32,000 nucleotides of DNA from Pirellula staleyi DSM 6068 (GTDB taxonomy: Bacteria > Planctomycetota > Planctomycetia > Pirellulales > Pirellulaceae): positions 5,550,001 to 5,582,000 of the forward strand of contig CP001848.1 in the NCBI GenBank assembly GCA_000025185.1, written 5' to 3'. Below the pieces are notes generated by a model. That model saw nothing but the letters and a program-made list of their open reading frames with translations. It was not told the DNA's origin and did not search any database. Made by a program: the position numbers and the translations under genes. Within the stretch, counting starts at the first letter, position 1; every line of letters starts with the position of its first letter. Below, piece by piece: positions 15,569 to 22,386 of the stretch.

Positions 15569-15701
15569 GAAAGGTTCTCGCTAAAAAATGCCGAGCGAAG
15601 CCCTGAAACGAGCAGGCACGCCGCGTATCGTAGGCATTCGGCGCTCGAAAAGAAAGCATTTCGAAGTCGCCACGCCACACGATTGCCAAGCTGACGATTC
15701 C

Positions 15702-16316
15702 TTAGCTCGCAGGGAGCGAAACGACGAGCGTTGTCCCGCCTCCGGGCGAGCTTTTCACTGCCAGCTTCCCACCCAGCAATTCCGCCCGCAGCTTGATGCC
15801 GCGTAGGCCAAAATGACCGCTCGGAACTTCCGCCGGGACAAAGCCGCAGCCGCGATCCGCGATGGTGAGAATCAGCTGATCACTTTCGCTCGCCAGATGG
15901 ACCTGTGCAGCGCGCTGGCCGCTATGCCGGGCGACATTTCGCAGCGACTCGCCGAGCACACGCGTCAGATGCCACGCCTGAGCGGAGCTGAGCTGCGCCG
16001 GACTGGGCTGCTTGTCGACGTGACACGTGACTTGCAGGTCGAGCGCCAGCGCTAGCGAAGCGCAGCACTTCGGCACCAATTCGTGTGCGGTGATGGGGCT
16101 AGAGGGCTGCTCGTGAATATCCGAGAGTAGCGCGCGAAGTTCTGTCACCGCACTTCGCACCAGCTCCGTGCCGCGCTGCTGATTCGCCAGATTCCCCTCC
16201 CCTGCTGCAGCTGCCTCGAGAAACATCAAGGCAGCGGTGAGGGACTGAATCGCGCCGTCGTGCAATTCCAGCCCGAGCAGCAAAAGTGCGTCGGGCTGTC
16301 GACTGGACGATGACAT
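15702..16316 (-). CDS. minimal soluble histidine kinase (HisKA_3 + HATPase_c, no sensor domain)
   Basis: 204 aa. The H-box LELHDGAIQSL lies at residues ~17-27 (NarX/DesK-type HisKA_3). The N-box is ESLRNVARHS, G1 is ADRGCGF and G2 is FGLRGIKLRAELLGGKL. There is no transmembrane or input domain. It starts 29 nt after the xylA stop. Confidence 0.8.
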   Translation of the reverse strand: MSSSSRQPDALLLLGLELHDGAIQSLTAALMFLEAAAAGEGNLANQQRGTELVRSAVTELRALLSDIHEQPSSPITAHELVPKCCASLALALDLQVTCHVDKQPSPAQLSSAQAWHLTRVLGESLRNVARHSGQRAAQVHLASESDQLILTIADRGCGFVPAEVPSGHFGLRGIKLRAELLGGKLAVKSSPGGGTTLVVSLPAS

Positions 16317-16345
16317 CGCAGCTCAATTCTTCTGGCAAAGCTCGC

Positions 16346-17659
16346 TTAGAAATAGCGATTGAAGAGGTTCTCGAGCATCTCTTGGCGGCCACTCTTGTGC
16401 GGCGAGATTTCACCCTTTTCGAGCATGTAGGCTTCGAGCGTTTCGAAGGTCGCCTTGCCCGATTCGATCTCGGCGCCGATGCCGCTGTCCCACGTGCTGT
16501 AGCGATCTTTCACGAACTTCGTGAACTCACCATCGGCACGCATTTCAGCAGCGATCTTCAGGCCGCGAGCAAACGCGTCCATGCCACCGATATGGGCGTA
16601 GAACAGATCGATCGGCTCGAAGCTTTCGCGACGAACCTTGGCATCGAAGTTCACACCACCGGCCCCCATGCCACCCCACTTCAAAATCGCGAGCATGCAC
16701 TCGGTGGTGAGGTACAAGTTGGTGGGGAATTGATCGGTGTCCCAGCCCAGCAGCAGATCGCCGGTGTTGGCATCGATGGAGCCGAGCGCACCTTGCATGC
16801 CGGCATACTCGAGCTCGTGCATCATCGTGTGACCAGCCAGCGTGGCGTGGTTGGTCTCGAGATTCAGCTTGAAGTACGGCAGCAGATCGTAGGAGCGCAG
16901 GAAGTTGAGGCACGCTGCTGCGTCGCTGTCGTACTGATGCTTGGTCGGTTCTTTAGGCTTGGGTTCGATCAGGAACTGACCGGTGAAGCCGATCTTTTTG
17001 GCGTAATCGACCGCCATGTGGAAAAACTTCGCCAGGTGATCAAGCTCGCGCTTGAGGTCGGTGTTGAGCAGGTTTTGATAACCTTCGCGACCACCCCAGA
17101 ACACATAGTTCTCGCCGCCGAGCGCCTTGGTCACTTCCAAGCACTTCTTCACTTGGGCAGCGCCGTAGGCAAACACGTCGGCATGCGAGCTCGTCGCTGC
17201 GCCGTGCATGAAGCGCGGGTTGCTGAACAGGTTGGCGGTCCCCCACAGCAGTTTGATGCCGGTTCGATCTTGTTCGTCTTTCAGCACCTTGGCGACAGCG
17301 TCGAAATTTTTGTGCGACTCGCGGAGGGTTGCTCCCTCGGGCGCGACGTCTCGGTCGTGGAAGGCATAGAACGGAGCACCGAGCTTCTCGATGAACTCAA
17401 ACGCCACCTTCACGCGGCGAATGGCATTCTCGACCGATTCGCTACCATCGTCCCACGGGCGGAGCATCGTTCCGGGACCAAACGGGTCGCTGCCAGTCCC
17501 ACGAAACGTGTGCCAATACACCACGCTGAAGCGCAGGTGCTCGGCCATCGTTTTCCCTTCGATCACTTCGTCGGGGTTGTACCAGCGGAAGGCGAGTGGA
17601 TTCTTCGACTTCGGACCTTCGTAGCGAATTTTTTCGATTTCGGGAAAAGCAGCGGCCAT
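16346..17659 (-). CDS. xylA: xylose isomerase
   Basis: Class II XylA hallmarks: [62 protein letters not shown] place the start at ATG 17659 (MAAAFPEI), giving 437 aa. The track extension to 17788 is unsupported. Confidence 0.95.
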   Translation of the reverse strand: MAAAFPEIEKIRYEGPKSKNPLAFRWYNPDEVIEGKTMAEHLRFSVVYWHTFRGTGSDPFGPGTMLRPWDDGSESVENAIRRVKVAFEFIEKLGAPFYAFHDRDVAPEGATLRESHKNFDAVAKVLKDEQDRTGIKLLWGTANLFSNPRFMHGAATSSHADVFAYGAAQVKKCLEVTKALGGENYVFWGGREGYQNLLNTDLKRELDHLAKFFHMAVDYAKKIGFTGQFLIEPKPKEPTKHQYDSDAAACLNFLRSYDLLPYFKLNLETNHATLAGHTMMHELEYAGMQGALGSIDANTGDLLLGWDTDQFPTNLYLTTECMLAILKWGGMGAGGVNFDAKVRRESFEPIDLFYAHIGGMDAFARGLKIAAEMRADGEFTKFVKDRYSTWDSGIGAEIESGKATFETLEAYMLEKGEISPHKSGRQEMLENLFNRYF

Positions 17660-17898
17660 GGTGCCCTGTAGCTCAGCAAAGGTTTTGGGAGGGTGATGTC
17701 TACCGCCAACTGCTTGGCGCCAGACTCGGTATCGTGACAAATCCCGCGCAAGCTCGCAACCGGCAAGCGGCCGATCGCACCCCCGCAAAGAAGTAATCTC
17801 CGCCCGAAGCCACTCTGCAAGCTACGGTACTGATGGACCCCGCTGCTCCCTATGCTCCGTCGATCCGCCGAGCGCTCGCGCTGCCGAAAGTAGTGATC

Positions 17899-19473
17899 AT
17901 GCCGAAATTGCCCCCCCTTTTGCTCCGCCACTTCTGTTGGGCGTTCTGCCTGCCGCTCGTCCTCTTGCTCGGCGCGGGACTGCGCGAAAGCTGCGCTCAG
18001 TCCAATACCGGTGAGCTCGAGATTCGCGCGGTCGACGCCACCACGGGAGAACCGCTCGCCGTCCGGATGCATCTGAAGGATCAAAAAGGGAAGACCGTTA
18101 AGCCCCCCAAGGTTCCGTTTTGGAACGACCATTTTGTCTTCCACGGCATCATCATTTTGAAACTGCCAGTCGGTAATTACACCTTCGAAATGGAACGTGG
18201 TCCCGAGTACAAATTTCGGAGTGGCTATTTCACCATCGATCGTGGAGCCACCGACAACAAAACGGTGGAGATGCACCGCTTCATCGACATGAAGAAAGAA
18301 GGTTGGTGGTCGGGAGATTTGAGTGTCTACCGGCCTGCTGCCGACATGGATCTGCTGATGCGCGCCGAAGATCTCCATCTGGCCGTGGTCAGCCCACCTC
18401 CCGCTGCGACAGCCTCCAAAAATGCCCCGGAAGCTGCTCCTCGGGAAATGAAAATCGAAACGTTCGGCGAAGATCGGATCGTCGCGTATACCGGTCAGGT
18501 CGATGCCCGCAGCACCGGCGCGATCCTGTCGATCGATGCCAAGGAAACAGCCGTTTTTCCCAAGGAAAATAGCGAATATCCCTCGACTCTCAGCCTTGCT
18601 CGCCAGCTAGAAGAGTCGGGCAGCACCACCCTGCTGGCCGAGTCGGCCACGTCGTGGGATCTGCCGGTGTGGGTCGCTTCGGGCACGCTCGACGGCATTC
18701 TTGTCGCCGGGCCGCATCTGATTCGCGATCCCCTCACGGCGGGCAAATGGCAACCGGCGGGCAAGCCGCTCGATACGCTCCTCTATCCTGGTCGTCAGGG
18801 GTCGGGACGCTGGGCTTCGATGGCCTACTACCATCTGCTCAACTGCGGACTCCGCATTCCACCCGCTGCCGGAAGTGGAACTGGCAAGAGCCCCAACCCA
18901 CTCGGCTATTCGCGCGTGTATGTCCACTGCGGCGAGAAGTTTACCTACGAGTCGTGGTGGGAAAATTTTCGCAAAGGACGCTGCATCATCACCAACGGGC
19001 CGATGATTCAGCCGAAAGTGAATGGTCAGTTGCCCGGGCATGTCTTCACTGCCGAACAAGGGGAAACAGTCGCCCTGAAGATCTCGCTGAACCTCTCGAC
19101 CCGCGAGAAAATCGAATACCTCGAAGTGGTGAAGGATGGCAAGGTGGAGCATGAAGTCCGCCTCGACGAGTGGGCCGCTGCTGGGGGAAAACTCCCCGAC
19201 ATCGAATTCCAGAAGAGTGGCTGGCTCGCGATTCGCGCCGTTACGAGCAATCCCGACGCCTATCGTTTTGCATCGACCGGTCCCTACTACGTCGAGATCG
19301 GCTATCAGCCGCGCATCTCGAAAACTTCGAGCCAATTCATGCTCGACTGGGTGGTGGAGCGGGCCAAGCAGCTGAAATTCGCCACCCCCGAAGAGCGCGA
19401 GTCGGTGATCGTCGAGCATCGGGCCGCCCGCGATTTCTGGACGAAAAAAGTCGAAACCGCCACCGACGAGTAA
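17899..19473 (+). CDS. CehA/McbA-like (PHP-fold-related) secreted protein with degenerate metal-binding motifs
   Basis: The signal-like N-terminus from ATG 17899 is MPKLPPLLLRHFCWAFCLPLVLLLGAGL. A beta-sandwich region follows (GELEIRAVDATTGEPLAVRMHLKDQKG…LPVGNYTFEMERGPEYK), then MKKEGWWSGDLSVYR where family members normally carry GD-H-x-H. Later come YYHLLNCGLRIPPAAGSGTG and WWENFRKGRCIITNGPMI. The family assignment is from memory of the pattern. Confidence 0.6.
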   Translation: MPKLPPLLLRHFCWAFCLPLVLLLGAGLRESCAQSNTGELEIRAVDATTGEPLAVRMHLKDQKGKTVKPPKVPFWNDHFVFHGIIILKLPVGNYTFEMERGPEYKFRSGYFTIDRGATDNKTVEMHRFIDMKKEGWWSGDLSVYRPAADMDLLMRAEDLHLAVVSPPPAATASKNAPEAAPREMKIETFGEDRIVAYTGQVDARSTGAILSIDAKETAVFPKENSEYPSTLSLARQLEESGSTTLLAESATSWDLPVWVASGTLDGILVAGPHLIRDPLTAGKWQPAGKPLDTLLYPGRQGSGRWASMAYYHLLNCGLRIPPAAGSGTGKSPNPLGYSRVYVHCGEKFTYESWWENFRKGRCIITNGPMIQPKVNGQLPGHVFTAEQGETVALKISLNLSTREKIEYLEVVKDGKVEHEVRLDEWAAAGGKLPDIEFQKSGWLAIRAVTSNPDAYRFASTGPYYVEIGYQPRISKTSSQFMLDWVVERAKQLKFATPEERESVIVEHRAARDFWTKKVETATDE

Positions 19474-19592
19474 TCGCCACAAGCTCGCAACTGCAGCGCA
19501 GCACGTCTAGTCCCGTTCACCCCAGGGCCAAGAGTCCCTAGACTGACGACCTTGCGTTTTCCTTCACTCGCGCGCAGTTGCTTAGGGTTTCC

Positions 19593-20486
19593 ATGGCTGA
19601 ATCGTGGCGCTCGCTCTATCCCTTCCAGTCGCATTACTTCGAGCGCGAGAAGCTCCGGTATCACTACGTCGACGAAGGTGCCTCGCCGTCAGCTGCCAAG
19701 CGCCCCCTGCTGTTCGTGCATGGCAATCCCACCTGGTCGTTCTACTGGCGCGAGCTGATCGCGGGACTCAAGGCCGACTATCGCTGCATCGCCGTCGATC
19801 ACATCGGCTGTGGCCTGTCGGATAAGCCGCAGGACTATCCCTACTCGCTCGCCAAGCATACGGAAAATCTCGTCGCCCTCGTCGAGAAGCTCGACCTCAA
19901 AAACTGTACTCTCCTGGCGCACGACTGGGGTGGCGCGATTGGCCTGGGCTGCGCGGCACAGCTGCGCGAGCGTTTTTCTCAGCTCGTGCTGTTCAACACC
20001 GCCGCCTTTCCGCCGCCGTACATCCCCAAGCGAATTCAGCTCTGCCGCGTGCCGATTTTGGGAACGCTCGGCGTGCGGGGGCTCAATCTGTTTGCTCGCG
20101 CAGCTATTACGATGGCGACCGAAGAGCCGCAGCGGATGACAGCGGCGGTGAAAGCTGGCTTCCTGGCCCCGTATAACAACTGGCACAACCGGGTGGCGAT
20201 CGATGCGTTTGTGAAAGACATTCCCTGGACCCGCGCGCATCCCACCTACCAGGTGCTCGAGGATCTCGAAACCAAACTGGCGAAAATCACCCACCTTCAG
20301 CAGCTGCTGGTGTGGGGGATGCGCGACTGGTGTTTTCGGAGTGAATGTCTCGATCGCTTGAAGCGGACCTTCACGCAGGCCGAAGAGCTGCGCTTCGACA
20401 CCGCCGGTCACTACGTGGTGCAAGATCGACCGGCTGAAATTCTCGAGCGACTCCACACGTTCCTGGCGCAAGTGAAAAGCGTCTAA
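19593..20486 (+). CDS. alpha/beta hydrolase, haloalkane-dehalogenase-like family
   Basis: LLFVHGNPTWSFYWRELI, CIAVDHIGCGLSDKP, nucleophile elbow LLAHDWGGAIG, acid candidate VWGMRDWCF and catalytic His in TAGHYVVQDRP. I prefer ATG 19593 (MAESW) over the track's TTG at 19578. Confidence 0.85.
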   Translation: MAESWRSLYPFQSHYFEREKLRYHYVDEGASPSAAKRPLLFVHGNPTWSFYWRELIAGLKADYRCIAVDHIGCGLSDKPQDYPYSLAKHTENLVALVEKLDLKNCTLLAHDWGGAIGLGCAAQLRERFSQLVLFNTAAFPPPYIPKRIQLCRVPILGTLGVRGLNLFARAAITMATEEPQRMTAAVKAGFLAPYNNWHNRVAIDAFVKDIPWTRAHPTYQVLEDLETKLAKITHLQQLLVWGMRDWCFRSECLDRLKRTFTQAEELRFDTAGHYVVQDRPAEILERLHTFLAQVKSV

Positions 20487-20505
20487 CAGCCTCTCCCGAG
20501 CATCG

Positions 20506-21396
20506 ATGATCGCCCCACCGCCAACCGCCAAAGTCAACGCGATGAGCTCTAGCACGTTATCGATCGGACAATGCGCTGCCCTGGCAGCGCTGCTCGAGTG
20601 CCTCGCCCCGAAGCCGGGCAATGTGCACCGGAGCGCCGATTTCGAAGATACAACGATTCACGATTTCGCCGTGAGCGCGGTGGCGATCGTACCGGCGATG
20701 GAGGTTGCCGCGCATGTGGGTGTCGGTCGCGCCGTGCTGGAAGCAATTCGCGCCACGCGCTCAATCGTTGCCACGAACACCAATTTGGGAATCGTGCTGC
20801 TGCTGGCGCCGCTGGCGGCTGTACCTCGCAAAACCTCGATTTTCGAGGGCCTTGCGACCATTTTAAGCACCCTCACCGAGGAAGATTCGCGGCTGGTGTA
20901 CGAAGCGATTCGCCTGGCCAAGCCCGGAGGACTCGGCACCTCGCGCGAGCACGATGTCGCAGGCGATTCGCCACCGCGACTCCTCGACGCCATGCAACTT
21001 GCCGCCGAGCGCGATCAGATTGCGCGCGAGTATGTCACCCAGTATCACTTGGTGCTGCAGGTCGCTTTGCCACGGCTCTTAGAACTGCGAGCCACCGGCG
21101 CTTCGCTCACCGACAGTGTGATTCGATTGCAGGTGGAACTGCTGGCGCGCGAACCCGACAGCCTGATCGCGCGGAAGTGTGGCCTCGAGATGGCGACGCA
21201 AGTTTCGGCCTACGCCAGCCAGGTGCTCGCCTGCGGCAATATCGGCGACGATAGCTACTACGAAGCGATTGCCGAGTTCGATTTTTTCCTGCGCAGCGAT
21301 GGACACAAACGGAATCCCGGCACGACAGCCGATCTAATTGCAGCAGCGATCTTTGTCGGCCTGCGCGAGAACTTGCTTCAGCCTCCGCTCGACTAA
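20506..21396 (+). CDS. triphosphoribosyl-dephospho-CoA synthase (CitG/MdcB) family protein
   Basis: AALAALLECLAPKPGNVHRSADFEDT, NTNLGIVLLLAPLA, EAIRLAKPGGLG and a C-terminal NPGTTADLIAAAIFVGL fit the CitG-family pattern. It starts 19 nt after the hydrolase stop. ATG 20542 (MSSSTLSIGQ) is an alternative start. Confidence 0.75.
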   Translation: MIAPPPTAKVNAMSSSTLSIGQCAALAALLECLAPKPGNVHRSADFEDTTIHDFAVSAVAIVPAMEVAAHVGVGRAVLEAIRATRSIVATNTNLGIVLLLAPLAAVPRKTSIFEGLATILSTLTEEDSRLVYEAIRLAKPGGLGTSREHDVAGDSPPRLLDAMQLAAERDQIAREYVTQYHLVLQVALPRLLELRATGASLTDSVIRLQVELLAREPDSLIARKCGLEMATQVSAYASQVLACGNIGDDSYYEAIAEFDFFLRSDGHKRNPGTTADLIAAAIFVGLRENLLQPPLD

Positions 21397-21446
21397 ACGC
21401 CGCCCGTCACCGCTAACCGCGATCCTTTTGCCAGAGATACTCCGCC

Positions 21447-21995
21447 ATGACCGAGCCGATCAAGATCGAGCCTGCCGCCAATCTGACGGAGCGTTATCGG
21501 ATTCGGCTCGAAAAAGAAGCGCATGTGTTTGCGGCGGCCCATTTCATTACGTTCGCCGGCAACATCTGCGAACCGCTGCATGGGCACAACTACGGCGTGG
21601 CTGTCGAAATCGAAGCGCCACTCGATGAAAACCAGTACGTGATCGATTTCATTGCCGTGCGCGATGAGCTGACGGCGATCACGCAGACGCTCGACCACCG
21701 AATGCTCCTTCCGACCTCGCATCCGCTGATCCAAGTCACTGCCGACGAGCGGGAAGTGACCGCCCGTTTTGGCGACAAACGGTGGGTCTTTCCGCGGACC
21801 GATTGCGTTCTCTTGCCGCTGACCAATACCACGTCGGAACTCCTGGCGCGCTACATCGGCCTCGCACTGCGCGAGCGTCTTGCCGCGCGCTTACCAGCAC
21901 AGGTCGTCGGGTCGATTACTCGATTTTCGGTCGAAGTGGACGAGAATCATGGCCAGCGCGGCATCTGGTCCCTCGCGGCTGATGCGGTTCACTAA
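21447..21995 (+). CDS. 6-pyruvoyl-tetrahydropterin synthase / QueD-family (T-fold) protein
   Basis: FAAAHFITF…NICEPLHGHNYGVAVEIEAPLDENQYVIDFIAVRDEL carries the C-x3-H-G-H and upstream His zinc and catalytic motifs. LDHRMLLP and TSELLARYI match downstream family blocks. At 182 aa it is longer than typical family members. Confidence 0.8.
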   Translation: MTEPIKIEPAANLTERYRIRLEKEAHVFAAAHFITFAGNICEPLHGHNYGVAVEIEAPLDENQYVIDFIAVRDELTAITQTLDHRMLLPTSHPLIQVTADEREVTARFGDKRWVFPRTDCVLLPLTNTTSELLARYIGLALRERLAARLPAQVVGSITRFSVEVDENHGQRGIWSLAADAVH

Positions 21996-22241
21996 GCTGC
22001 CGCGTAAGACGCCTCCGAATACTCCTCAAATGCGATTGATTTTGGGGGCCATCAACGCCCCCCCAGCGCGGCACTAGCGCGACCGCTACAGGCGTTACAG
22101 CACTTCTTGGCTCACCGAGGGGCCTCATTTTCCTCCCCTCTTCGCGGAGGGTCCGGCTGCCTGATAGGCATTAGCCGCAACCTATGTTTTCGCAGCTTTG
22201 AACACGCGGCCTGCCCAGCCACGCTTTTCTACTGGATCTAC

Positions 22242-22257
22242 AGGAACCAGTTTTGCA
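22242..22257 (+). promoter_or_regulatory. candidate sigma-54 (-24/-12) promoter upstream of the Amt-kinase gene
   Basis: aGGaaccagttttGCa compared with consensus tGGcacg-N4-ttGCa. GG (22243-44) and GC (22055+200, i.e. 22255-56) have the correct 12-nt register, and 9 of 12 specified positions match. It lies 130 nt upstream of ATG 22387. A chance match is quite possible in a 390-nt gap. Confidence 0.3.
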
Positions 22258-22386
22258 GTGGGATCGGGCTCTCTTCGTGATGAACGACCAAAGAGCTGTC
22301 TGTCCCATGGGTACGGCGGCTCTCTGTCTTCGCAAAGCACAGAGCCACTCCTCACTAAATCTGCCTGGTTAGGAAAGTTCGTCGCG

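Noticed and set aside
16286-17671. 461-aa plus-strand ORF covering the whole xylA locus. Similar long antisense ORFs are 27019-28950 (643 aa, opposite mutS), 22918-24156 (opposite the Amt kinase), 7340-8554, 9682-10821, 10867-11781, 13555-14592, 18607-19482, 19689-20621, 26031-27110 and 29298-30668.
   Set aside because: Each lies exactly antisense to a gene with unmistakable family motifs. Their translations are Arg/Gly/Ala/His-rich with no recognisable motifs, signal peptides or start contexts. This is typical of stop-codon-poor shadow frames in ~60% GC DNA.
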